Source: Gemmatimonas sp.
GTDB lineage: Bacteria > Gemmatimonadota > Gemmatimonadetes > Gemmatimonadales > Gemmatimonadaceae
Length of the DNA: 64,000 bases
Direction of reading: 5' to 3'
Assembly (NCBI GenBank): GCA_031414535.1
Contig: JANNVQ010000057.1
Span: 101,663-165,662, forward strand
Position 1 is the first letter of the stretch. Every line of letters starts with the position of its first letter. Below the pieces are notes generated by a model, which saw only the letters and a program-made list of their open reading frames with translations, had not been told where the DNA came from and ran no database searches. Position numbers and translations under genes: made by a program. Below are positions 9,279 through 18,314 of this stretch, in pieces.

Positions 9279-10532
9279 GTGCCGCCAGCCCTCTCCGCTC
9301 CCGACACGCTGTTTGTACTCATCAGCACGGCGCTCGTCCTGCTGATGACCCCTGCCCTCGCGCTCTTTTATGGCGGCCTCGTGCGCGCCAAGAGCATCCT
9401 CAACACGATGATGATGTCCCTGGTCGCGGTCTCCGTCGTCGGACTGCTCTGGGCCGCGCTCGGCTATTCGCTCGCCTTCAGCGAGGGCATCACTGCCATC
9501 GGTGGCCTCGACTTTGTGGGGATGCGTGGCATCGGACTTGAGCCCCGGGACGCCACCGCCACCATTCCGCACCTGCTGTTCTTTGGATACCAGGGCACTT
9601 TCGCAATCATCACCGCGGCGCTGATTTCCGGCGCAATCGTAGAGCGCATGCGCTTTTCGGCCTACGTTGCCTTCCTCGCCGCGTGGACCCTGCTCGTTTA
9701 TGCGCCCGTCGCGCACTGGGTGTGGGGTGGCGGATGGATGCACAAGCTCGGCATTCTCGACTTCGCCGGCGGCACGGTGGTGCACATCACGGCCGGCGTT
9801 GCTGCCTGGATTGCTGCCGTGATGGTCGGCCCTCGTCGCGATCACGGACGCCGTGCCATGCTCCCGCACAATGTGCCCATGATGCTTACGGGCGCGGCGC
9901 TTCTTTGGTTTGGATGGTTTGGCTTCAACGGCGGCTCCGCGCTCGCGGTAAACGGTACGGCCGTCCAGGCGTCCATCAACACCATGCTCGCGCCGATGTC
10001 TGCGCTCGCCGTGTGGGTGTTCCTTGAGTACCGACGCAACGGTCGCGCCACCGCGGTTGGTGCGGGCACCGCGCTCGTCGTGGGTTTGGTGGCCATCACG
10101 CCTGCCTGCGGCTTTGTGAGCCCGCTGTCGGCACTCGCTATCGGTGCACTCACGGCGATTCCTTGCCACTTCGTCATCCTCGCACGACCGCGCACCAAGC
10201 TGGACGATTCACTTGATGTGCTCGGCGCGCACGGCACCGGCGGCGCGGTGGGCGCGCTTCTGACGGGCGTTTTCTGCAGCACAGCTTGGGGAGGTCCCGC
10301 CGGGCTGCTGGAAGGAGAACCACGCCAACTTGCGCTGCAGCTGCTCGGCGTTGTGGCCGCCATCGCCTGGACCGCCCTCGCCACCTGGGGCATTCTGTCC
10401 GTCATTCGTCTCTTTACGCCGCTGCGCGTGGCCGCCCGCGATGAAGCCCTCGGCGTAGACGTCAGCGAGCATGGTGAAGAAGGCTACACGGACGGCGAAG
10501 GCGCCGTCCTCGTCCTGGAGACCACTCGATGA
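9279..10532 (+). CDS. amtB: Ammonium transporter
   Basis: LALFYGG, DFAGGTVVH, WFGWFGFNGGS and DDSLDV..HG motifs; start uncertain (GTG 9279; ORF track 9183). Confidence 0.95.
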   Translation: MPPALSAPDTLFVLISTALVLLMTPALALFYGGLVRAKSILNTMMMSLVAVSVVGLLWAALGYSLAFSEGITAIGGLDFVGMRGIGLEPRDATATIPHLLFFGYQGTFAIITAALISGAIVERMRFSAYVAFLAAWTLLVYAPVAHWVWGGGWMHKLGILDFAGGTVVHITAGVAAWIAAVMVGPRRDHGRRAMLPHNVPMMLTGAALLWFGWFGFNGGSALAVNGTAVQASINTMLAPMSALAVWVFLEYRRNGRATAVGAGTALVVGLVAITPACGFVSPLSALAIGALTAIPCHFVILARPRTKLDDSLDVLGAHGTGGAVGALLTGVFCSTAWGGPAGLLEGEPRQLALQLLGVVAAIAWTALATWGILSVIRLFTPLRVAARDEALGVDVSEHGEEGYTDGEGAVLVLETTR

Positions 10533-10894
10533 AACTCATCGTCGCCGTCATCCGCCCCGAGAAGCTCTCCGAGGTGCTCGAGTCTCTGTACCGTGCCGAT
10601 GTACGAGGACTCACCGTAAGTCACGCGCAAGGCCACGGTGGCGAGACTGAACCCGTAGAGACCTACCGCGGAATTACGGTTAAAATGGAGCTGCAGAAGA
10701 AGGTCCGCCTCGAGATTGGCGTCAGCGAAGCCTTCGTGCAGCGCACGATTGACGCCATCGTCGCGGGCGCCCGCACCGGCGACGTTGGTGACGGCAAGAT
10801 CTTTGTGCTACCCGTTGAACGTATTGTCCGCATTCGCACTGGCGAGGAAGACACGCAAGCAGTGACGCCGGTGCCTCAAGCGGAAGAACCCTAG
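10529..10894 (+). CDS. glnK: P-II nitrogen regulator
   Basis: MKLIVAVIRPEKL, T-loop YRG and GDGKIFV motifs; coupled to amtB. Confidence 0.93.
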   Translation: MKLIVAVIRPEKLSEVLESLYRADVRGLTVSHAQGHGGETEPVETYRGITVKMELQKKVRLEIGVSEAFVQRTIDAIVAGARTGDVGDGKIFVLPVERIVRIRTGEEDTQAVTPVPQAEEP

Positions 10895-10908
10895 TCCTCG
10901 AAACTCCA

Positions 10909-12543
10909 TTGCAAAGATTCCTTGCTGCCGCGCTCACAGGACTAACGCTCCTCGGGTCGTCCGTGACGGCCCAGCAACGCTTGGCCGCGCCAATGACGCC
11001 AGCCGCGCTGCGTAGCCGTCTCGAGACATATACCGCGGACTCCATGCGCGGTCGCCTCACCGGCAGCGAGGATCATCGCCGCGCCACACGCTACATCGCT
11101 GAGGAGTTGCGCCGCGCCGGACTGCGACCTGCGGGCGATAACGGAAGCTTCCTGCAACGGGTCCCGCTCTTCGTCACAACCCTCGACACCGCGAACTCCG
11201 TACTTAGCGCGGCGGGTAGCACACTTCAGCCCTACCGCGATTACTTGCCACGCTATCAGGGTCCACGCAGCCGCTCCATGGATGGCGTAGCGCTCGTGTA
11301 TGCCGGCATCTGGGGGTCAAGCACCCTCCTGCGCGGCATTGATGTACGGGGCAAGGTTGTCCTCGTCAGCACACCAACGGAGAACGCATCGGTGGTGAAG
11401 GTGCAGGCCCAGAATCGTTTTGCGGAATCTGCAGGCATCGTGCTCGCGAACTTTGAGTTGATGGAGCCCGCACTTCGCCAAGGACTCGCGAGCTCTCCGA
11501 TGCAACTCGATGGCCCAGAGGCCACAGGCCAGGAGCTTCCAGCCTATGTGCACATCTCTCGGGCCACAGCTGCTCGCCTCTTGGGTCTCGGCAATCTCGA
11601 CGATGCCCAACCGGGTCGAGAAGGAAGCGCACTCCGTGGTTCGCCCCGTTTCAAGAAGGTGAGCGTCGAGAGCTATAACGTCGTCGCCATCCTGCCCGGG
11701 AGCGATCCCAGGCTCCGTGATGAATACGTGGCCGTCGGTGCACACAGCGATCACGTTGGGACGAGTGATCCCGTGGATCGCGATTCCTTGCGGGCCTTCC
11801 AACTCGAACTGCGTCGCAAACAGCTCACCGCCTCTGGGAGCGCGCCGAGCATCGAAGCGTCCATTCGCGTGAATATGGATTCCATCCGTCGCGTACATCC
11901 GAAGCCGCGGCTCGATTCCATCTACAACGGCGCCGACGACGATGGGTCGGGTTCGATGGCCGTCCTTGAACTCGCGCGCGCAATGGCTACAGAGCGCAAT
12001 CGTCCCAAGCGCTCTATGCTCTTCGTGTGGCATACGGGCGAAGAACTCGGGCTCTTTGGCTCCGAATACTATACCGATAACCCCACCGTGCCTCGCGAGC
12101 AGATTGTCGCCCAAATCAACATCGACATGATTGGGCGCGGCGGGCGTGGTGAGGAAGTGAACGGCGGGCCCAACTATCTCCAGCTCATTGGTTCGCGCCG
12201 CCTCTCCACACAATTGGGCGACGTGGTGGAAGAAGTCAGCCGCTCCCGCCGCTACAACTGGGCCTTTGACTATCAGTACGACGCCATCGGCCATCCGGAG
12301 CAGTTCTACTGCCGCTCGGACCATTATTCGTACGCGCGCTACGGAATCCCGGTCGTTTTCATGACCACTGGCGGCCACGCTGACTATCATCAAGTGACAG
12401 ACGAGGTGGAGTTCCTTGATTTCCGGAAGCTTTCTAGGGTGACCCACTTCGCCCACGACCTCGCCCGCGCCTTGGGCGATCGCCAAGAGCGCCCCCTCGT
12501 CGATAAGCCTCGCCCCAACCCCCGCGGCAACTGTGTGCAGTAA
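10909..12543 (+). CDS. Secreted M28 family peptidase with PA insert
   Basis: GAHSDH, NGADDDGSG, GEELGL, RSDH and DYH motifs; signal peptide. Confidence 0.9.
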   Translation: MQRFLAAALTGLTLLGSSVTAQQRLAAPMTPAALRSRLETYTADSMRGRLTGSEDHRRATRYIAEELRRAGLRPAGDNGSFLQRVPLFVTTLDTANSVLSAAGSTLQPYRDYLPRYQGPRSRSMDGVALVYAGIWGSSTLLRGIDVRGKVVLVSTPTENASVVKVQAQNRFAESAGIVLANFELMEPALRQGLASSPMQLDGPEATGQELPAYVHISRATAARLLGLGNLDDAQPGREGSALRGSPRFKKVSVESYNVVAILPGSDPRLRDEYVAVGAHSDHVGTSDPVDRDSLRAFQLELRRKQLTASGSAPSIEASIRVNMDSIRRVHPKPRLDSIYNGADDDGSGSMAVLELARAMATERNRPKRSMLFVWHTGEELGLFGSEYYTDNPTVPREQIVAQINIDMIGRGGRGEEVNGGPNYLQLIGSRRLSTQLGDVVEEVSRSRRYNWAFDYQYDAIGHPEQFYCRSDHYSYARYGIPVVFMTTGGHADYHQVTDEVEFLDFRKLSRVTHFAHDLARALGDRQERPLVDKPRPNPRGNCVQ

Positions 12544-12547
12544 GAAG

Positions 12548-12599
12548 TCGCCGTTCGAAGTTGCCGTTCGCCGTTGGCTTCCGTCATCCGTCTTCCGTC
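12548..12599. repeat. Heptamer tandem repeats (TCGCCGT-like and WTCCGTC x3)
   Basis: TTCCGTC ATCCGTC TTCCGTC at 12579-12599, preceded by TCGCCGT variants; same unit as at 33.0 and 34.2 kb. Confidence 0.7.
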
Positions 12600-12603
12600 C
12601 CCT

Positions 12604-13956
12604 ATGCGTTCTCTTAAAATCGCCCTCGCACTGATCCTGCTTAACGGTTCAGTTCAAGCACAGAGCTCCCTCCGCGTCCCCGTCACCGTAGACACCCTCC
12701 CCAACGGGCTCACCCTCATCATCCACGAGGATCCCAGCGTGCCGGTTGTGACGACCAACGTCTGGTATCACGTCGGCTCGGGTGACGAGATGGTCGGGCG
12801 CACAGGATTCGCGCACCTCTTTGAGCACCTGATGTTCATGGGCTCCAAGAACGCGCCCTATCCGCAGTTCGATCGCCTCCTCGAGGCCGCCGGTGCCAAC
12901 AACAACGGCAGCACCACCACGGATCGTACCAATTACTACGAGTCTGGTCCGGCCGCCGCCCTACCCCTCATGCTCTGGCTCGAGGCCGACCGACTCGGCT
13001 GGATGCTCGACGGGATGGACGAGCCAAAGGTGGACCTTCAACGCGACGTGGTGAAGAACGAGCGGAGGCAGAGCTACGAGAATCAGCCCTATGGCCTCTC
13101 GTATGAGAATCTCGTCTCCGCCATTTACCCGCGCGGACATCCCTACTCCTGGAGCACCATCGGTTCCATGGCGGATCTCTCCGCCGCCTCGCTCGAGGAC
13201 GTGAAGAATTTCTTTCGCACCTATTACACACCTAACAACGCCACCATCGTCGTCGCGGGTGCGGTGAATGCGGACTCCGTGCGCGCCCTCGCACGCCAGA
13301 TGTTTGGTGAGATTCCCCGTGGTCCCGCCATCGAGCGCCCACGCCCCGCTCCCTTCACCCTCCGCGATACCACCATCGTGCTTGAGGACCGCGTGCAGTT
13401 GCCGCGCGTCTATCTCGCCTGGCACACCGTGGCCGAGTTCTCTGCGGACGACGCCGCCCTCGACGTAGCCGCCTACATCCTCGCTGGCGCGCGCAACTCT
13501 CGCCTCACACAAGCGCTCGTCTTTGAGCGCGAACTCGCCACCAACGCCAGCGCGTTCAACTCATCCAAGCGCCTTGATGGCGACTTCCAGATTGTCGCCA
13601 CAGCGCGCCCAGGACACGGACTCGACACACTCACGCGCGTGATTGACGCCGAGTTGCGTCGCCTCGCGTCACAGCCACCCACAGCCCGCGAGCTTGAGCA
13701 GGCCAAGAACAGCATCGAGGCGTCCTTTCTCAATGGGCTCGAGTTTGTGAACGCCAAGGCGGATCGCCTCAACGCGTACTACTATGCTACCGGTACGCCC
13801 GACTACTTCCAGCAGGATCTCAATCGCTATCGGCGCGTCACCGCCGCTGATGTGCAGCGCGTCGTGCGTCAATATCTCCTCACGGGTCGCGTCACGCTTT
13901 CTGTCGTGCCGCAGGGCCGTACCAACCTCGCCGCCACCCCGAGGGTCACCCAGTGA
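12604..13956 (+). CDS. M16B peptidase, catalytic subunit, exported
   Basis: HLFEH (HxxEH), LWLEADR and VKNERR motifs; signal peptide. Confidence 0.9.
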   Translation: MRSLKIALALILLNGSVQAQSSLRVPVTVDTLPNGLTLIIHEDPSVPVVTTNVWYHVGSGDEMVGRTGFAHLFEHLMFMGSKNAPYPQFDRLLEAAGANNNGSTTTDRTNYYESGPAAALPLMLWLEADRLGWMLDGMDEPKVDLQRDVVKNERRQSYENQPYGLSYENLVSAIYPRGHPYSWSTIGSMADLSAASLEDVKNFFRTYYTPNNATIVVAGAVNADSVRALARQMFGEIPRGPAIERPRPAPFTLRDTTIVLEDRVQLPRVYLAWHTVAEFSADDAALDVAAYILAGARNSRLTQALVFERELATNASAFNSSKRLDGDFQIVATARPGHGLDTLTRVIDAELRRLASQPPTARELEQAKNSIEASFLNGLEFVNAKADRLNAYYYATGTPDYFQQDLNRYRRVTAADVQRVVRQYLLTGRVTLSVVPQGRTNLAATPRVTQ

Positions 13957-15425
13957 TCCGCGCACATCTTGCACTCGCCGCGGTAGCCGTCCTCGCTGCC
14001 TCCTCGCTTACCGCGCAAGTCAGCGGGCAAGTCAGCACGCAGATGTCGACGATTGATCGCAGCAAGGTTCCGGCGATGGCCGCCTCGCCCGCGCTTGTTG
14101 TCCCAGTGGTCCGTGGCGCTCGCCTCGAGAATGGCGCCGCACTCAAGGTGGTCGAGCATCGCGAACTCCCGCTCGTGCACATCACGCTGCAGTTCGCCGG
14201 CGGCGGACGCCTCGACAACGAGACGCCTGGTCTCGCCTCCTTCGTGGCCACGATGGTGCGCGAGGGCGCCGGCAATCGCAACGCCAGTGCCTTGCAGAGT
14301 GAGCTCGCCTTCTTGGGCGCCACCCTCGCTGCCAATGCCAACTGGGACAACACCACGCTCACGCTCCGTGTAGCCCGCCGCAATCTTGAGCCCGCGCTCG
14401 ACTTAATGGCCGATGTCGTCTTGCGTCCCACCTTCGCCAGCGCCGATGTCCGGCGCCAGCGCGATCTGCGCCTCGCGTCCCTGCTGCTGCAGAAGGATCA
14501 GCCCCGCACGCTCGGCACGATGGCGTTCAATCAGGCGCTCTTCCCCGCCGGCCATCCGTATCGTCGCTCGCTCGGCGGTGATTCATCGTCCACCACGCGA
14601 CTCGACTCCGCCATGGTGCGCGCGTTTCACGGAGGAGCCTACCGCCCCCTGCGCGCCACTTTCACCGTGGTCGGCGATATCAGCGAGACCGAAGCCCGCG
14701 CCATGCTGACGCGTCGCTTTGGGAATTGGCGTGTGAGCGGTGCGGAGCGGACACCTGCTCCCGTGCTGGTGGCGCCCACGCGAGTGACCGCGCGCCGAGT
14801 CCTTCTCGTTGACAAGCCTGGCGCTGCGCAGTCGGTCGTCATGATTGGCACCGCCGGCGTCGAGCGTACCACGCCGGATTACGCCGCCATCGAAGTGATG
14901 AACACCATTCTGGGCGGTTCCTTCTCCTCGCGACTCAACAGCAATCTGCGCGAGACCAAGGGTTATACCTACGGCGCCAACTCCGGGTTTGAGTGGCGGC
15001 CGCTCCCCGGGCCCTTCGACGCAGGCGCGGACGTGCGCACGAATGTCACGGACAGCTCGCTGGTAGAGTTCTTCAAGGAGATCAACGCCATTCGCGATAC
15101 ACCAGTGAGCGAAGCGGAGCTCGCACGCGCCAAGGCGTATCTCGCGCTCAGCGTTCCGGGAGATCTTGAGTCCACTGCACAAATCGCCGCACAGATTACG
15201 GCGCTCTCGCTGTTTAATCTTCCGCTCAGCTGGTTGCAGGAATATGTCAGCGCCGTGAATGCCGTCACCGCGGCCGATGTGCAGCGCGTTGCCCGACGGT
15301 ACTTGCCGGTCGAGGCAGCCACCATTGTTGTCGTCGGGGATCTCGCCACGATTCGCGCCGGTATCGAAGCGCTCAATCTCGGACCCGTCACCGTGCTTAC
15401 GGTTGAGGAGCTCAGCAAGCCGTGA
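13953..15425 (+). CDS. M16B peptidase, non-catalytic subunit, exported
   Basis: No HxxEH; SSRLNSNLRETKGYTYG motif; signal peptide; GTGA overlap. Confidence 0.88.
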   Translation: MIRAHLALAAVAVLAASSLTAQVSGQVSTQMSTIDRSKVPAMAASPALVVPVVRGARLENGAALKVVEHRELPLVHITLQFAGGGRLDNETPGLASFVATMVREGAGNRNASALQSELAFLGATLAANANWDNTTLTLRVARRNLEPALDLMADVVLRPTFASADVRRQRDLRLASLLLQKDQPRTLGTMAFNQALFPAGHPYRRSLGGDSSSTTRLDSAMVRAFHGGAYRPLRATFTVVGDISETEARAMLTRRFGNWRVSGAERTPAPVLVAPTRVTARRVLLVDKPGAAQSVVMIGTAGVERTTPDYAAIEVMNTILGGSFSSRLNSNLRETKGYTYGANSGFEWRPLPGPFDAGADVRTNVTDSSLVEFFKEINAIRDTPVSEAELARAKAYLALSVPGDLESTAQIAAQITALSLFNLPLSWLQEYVSAVNAVTAADVQRVARRYLPVEAATIVVVGDLATIRAGIEALNLGPVTVLTVEELSKP

Positions 15426-16312
15426 GCGATCGAGCCAGACTGCGCATCGCCTTTCAAGGTGAGCTGGGCTCGTTTTCCGACGAGGCCATCCAGCAACTCT
15501 ACGGGGGCGATGTGCTGCGACTTCCGTACCGCGACTTCGCCGATGTCACCGCATCGGTAGCAGCCGGCGTTGCTGATCGTGGCGTGTTGCCAATCGAGAA
15601 CACCATGGCCGGCTCAATTGCGGGTGCGCACGATGCAATATCGGCCATGGATAACTTGCACGTCGTCGGCGAGACGGTCGTCGCCGTGCACCACTGCCTG
15701 CTCGCCGCGCCCAGCACCACCTTCGAGCAAATCACGACCGTACTCTGTCATCCGGTGGCGCTCGCACAGTGCCAGAAGTTCTTCGCCGAGCATCCGCAGC
15801 TCGAGGTGCATCCGTCCTACGACACTGCCGGCGCGGCCATGGATGTGTCGAAGGTTGCCGATCCCGCCTTTGCGGCCGTTGCGAGCCGGCGCGCGGCCCT
15901 GCACTACGATCTGCAGATACTCCGCTCGGACATTGAAGATCGCGCGGACAATCAGACGCGCTTCCTCGCGCTCTCGCGCGCCCCGATGCCGCTTCCCGAT
16001 GGCACGCCCGCCCGCACGATGTTCGTGGTCACCACCGGTGACGCGCCAGGTTCGCTGCTCAATGTGCTGACGCCACTTGCCACACATGGGGTCAGTATCC
16101 GGCGGCTTGAGTCTCGCCCCACCGGCGAGCCCTGGACCTATCGATTCTTTATTGAGTTCGACCACGGCGTGGGAGACAAACACGCCGACGCGGCTATCCA
16201 CGAGATTGGGGCGCGCTCCGCCACCGCACGGCTCCTCGGCACATTCCCGCGCTGGGGCGCGGGCCGCCGCGGGTCTATCGGTTGGAGCTCTGGCGCCGTC
16301 TCACCGATTTGA
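15422..16312 (+). CDS. pheA: Prephenate dehydratase
   Basis: IAFQGELGSFS, LPIENT, NQTRF and ACT-domain LESRP motifs. Confidence 0.9.
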   Translation: MSDRARLRIAFQGELGSFSDEAIQQLYGGDVLRLPYRDFADVTASVAAGVADRGVLPIENTMAGSIAGAHDAISAMDNLHVVGETVVAVHHCLLAAPSTTFEQITTVLCHPVALAQCQKFFAEHPQLEVHPSYDTAGAAMDVSKVADPAFAAVASRRAALHYDLQILRSDIEDRADNQTRFLALSRAPMPLPDGTPARTMFVVTTGDAPGSLLNVLTPLATHGVSIRRLESRPTGEPWTYRFFIEFDHGVGDKHADAAIHEIGARSATARLLGTFPRWGAGRRGSIGWSSGAVSPI

Positions 16313-16699
16313 TTTCTTGTGCTCGACGCTGATGATGCTCTTCAGTCCACCGCGCACATTGAAGTCGCCCACCACCTTGATACTCCGTGGCTTCGCCTTC
16401 GCCACCAAGTCATCAATGATGCGGTTCACAACGCGCTCGTAGAAGATGCCATCGTTGCGAAAGCTCCAGAGGTAGAGCTTGAGGCTCTTGAGCTCGAGGC
16501 ACACATCATCAGGCACGTAGGTGATGTTGATCGTCGCAAAATCCGGCGCCCCACCCTTGAGCAGCGCGAGCTCCGCCGCATCTGATTCGATGCCGCCTAG
16601 CGGGCACAGGGACGTGAATTCCGGCGTCGTCATGAAAATTTCATAGTCCCGATCCGCATACGGATTGGGGAAGGTTTCCAACAGTTCAGGTTGTGGCAT
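16301..16699 (-). CDS. queF: NADPH-dependent preQ0 reductase (short type) with insertion
   Basis: LETFPNP, PEFTSLCP...PDFA, ELKSLKLY and RGG motifs. Confidence 0.88.
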   Translation of the reverse strand: MPQPELLETFPNPYADRDYEIFMTTPEFTSLCPLGGIESDAAELALLKGGAPDFATINITYVPDDVCLELKSLKLYLWSFRNDGIFYERVVNRIIDDLVAKAKPRSIKVVGDFNVRGGLKSIISVEHKKSNR

Positions 16700-16705
16700 C
16701 GGAGG

Positions 16706-17638
16706 TCAGGAGTCGCGCAAGCGGCGCGAGTGGTCGTCCAACAGGCGGCGTTCATCGGCACTCAGCGCCTCGAGCCCCTGCTGGGAAATCTTGTCGAGTA
16801 TCGAATCTACGGTCAGCGGTATCTGCGGAGCGGCCGCCGTCTGCTGCTGCGCCGAAATCGGGCGCACTGGCGCGGCAGGACGACGCGTGGTCTCGGCATT
16901 GCTTCGGGCCACGAGATCATCAATCGTCTCACGCTGCGCACGCGAACGTGGCAAAGTCTTGGGCACCGCACGCGGAGGCTGATCGTCCGGCGGCTCATCG
17001 GGCATTGCCGACACACCATCGCGGAAGCGCTCCACGAGCATCACGCTCGTGGCCCGGGTAAACACCCACGCCGCGCCCAAGCCGCCGAGGTGCGCAAGGA
17101 AGGCCGTGCCGCCGCCTAGTGTCTCCTGCAACCCCGCAAGCAAAATCACAGCGCCGACGAATGCCGCCGCCCAACGTACGCGCACTGTAAAGCCACCGGT
17201 GAGAACCTGCTCTTCACTGCCCCAGCGCATGGCGTGCGCACCAATTACACCCAGCGCCACGCTCGCGGCACCAAGCAAAGGCGCGGTCCCGCCCACAAAC
17301 AAGTGCACCATCCAGCCGCCGAGCGCTGCCAAGGCAGAGAATCCCATGAAGCGTCGGGGTCCCCACAGGCGCTCCAAGCGCGGGCCAAACACTAGCAAGG
17401 CATAACAAGTCACGAACAGCATCGTCGCGCTGGGCTGCACGAGGACGTACGTCGCCACGCTCCACCAGCGCCCGGCATCAAGATCGCCGCGGTGAAACGC
17501 AAAGGCCTCAACGAGCACTTCTGGTTGCAGCACGGTCAAGCGCAGGAAATGCATCGCCGCCAACGCACACACCACGCCCAGCACCACCGATGAAATCAGC
17601 GGTGGGCGCGAAGAGCCGATGGCGCGCGACGAAATCAT
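16706..17638 (-). CDS. Rhomboid-family membrane protein, probably inactive, with C-terminal DUF6576-like helix
   Basis: FGPRLE and AHLGG motifs, tail VDSILDKISQQGLEALSADERRLL; GASG replaced by GAAS. Confidence 0.75.
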   Translation of the reverse strand: MISSRAIGSSRPPLISSVVLGVVCALAAMHFLRLTVLQPEVLVEAFAFHRGDLDAGRWWSVATYVLVQPSATMLFVTCYALLVFGPRLERLWGPRRFMGFSALAALGGWMVHLFVGGTAPLLGAASVALGVIGAHAMRWGSEEQVLTGGFTVRVRWAAAFVGAVILLAGLQETLGGGTAFLAHLGGLGAAWVFTRATSVMLVERFRDGVSAMPDEPPDDQPPRAVPKTLPRSRAQRETIDDLVARSNAETTRRPAAPVRPISAQQQTAAAPQIPLTVDSILDKISQQGLEALSADERRLLDDHSRRLRDS

Positions 17639-17642
17639 GGAG

Positions 17643-18302
17643 TCAGCGCAATCCCGTCGGTGGCGCAATCTTCATCGCCAGCCGCGCGTCAGCGTGCACA
17701 ATCGTCGCCTGCTCCAGCAGATTGGCCCAGCGGCGGTCGAGCACATTGGGATTCTCACCGACGGGCGGATGAATCACCACCTGCGCAGCCGCGCTCGCGG
17801 TGTGCGCTTCTTGCACGAGGCGCAACAACATCGAGTCAGACGTGTCTTCGCGCGGGACGAGCACAAGCGCGTGCGGGACCTTGCCCACCGCCGCCGCCTG
17901 CAGAGAGGCGATGGCGTGGTCGAGTGCCGCTTCGCCGCCCGCGAAGTCCACCGTCACCTGCACCAGTGCGAGATGCCCCAGCAGGCTTGGCAACTGTTCC
18001 GGACGCATGCCGTCCGTATCGAGCATTACCGGAATCTTCGGCTGAGCGCCATCCAGTGCCGCCTTCAGAAAGTCCACGCTCCCCAAAGGATCACGACCAC
18101 CGATGGCGATTGAATGGAATACCGAGCGCTGTGTCTGTCGCGTAATCTCCCGAATCAGCGCGGGCGTCATGTACATCGTCGCCGTCTCGGCTTCGCCAGC
18201 GAAGCGCACAAACAGCTGACGGCGTCCGGCCCACGGGCCCAATGCCTGCACCCCGGCCGGAACTCCGGATAGTGCGGCGGCCAACGGCATCCCTGCGGTC
18301 AT
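17643..18302 (-). CDS. QueE-like radical-SAM-fold protein lacking the CxxxCxxC motif
   Basis: GVQALGPWAGRRQLFVRFAG matches QueE SIQGEG..GRR.VFVRFAG; IGGRDPL matches TGGEPL; LDTDG matches LETNG; no cysteine in 219 aa. Confidence 0.65.
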   Translation of the reverse strand: MTAGMPLAAALSGVPAGVQALGPWAGRRQLFVRFAGEAETATMYMTPALIREITRQTQRSVFHSIAIGGRDPLGSVDFLKAALDGAQPKIPVMLDTDGMRPEQLPSLLGHLALVQVTVDFAGGEAALDHAIASLQAAAVGKVPHALVLVPREDTSDSMLLRLVQEAHTASAAAQVVIHPPVGENPNVLDRRWANLLEQATIVHADARLAMKIAPPTGLR

Positions 18303-18314
18303 GACCTGCCTCCC

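Noticed and set aside
14014..14050. QV-type micro-repeats at the N-termini of both M16 beta subunits (also about 28330-28360)
   Set aside because: Short slippage repeats in linkers with different periods (12 versus 9 bp); likely coincidence
16301..16312. Convergent 12-nt overlap of pheA and queF
   Set aside because: Short tail-to-tail overlaps are common in compact genomes
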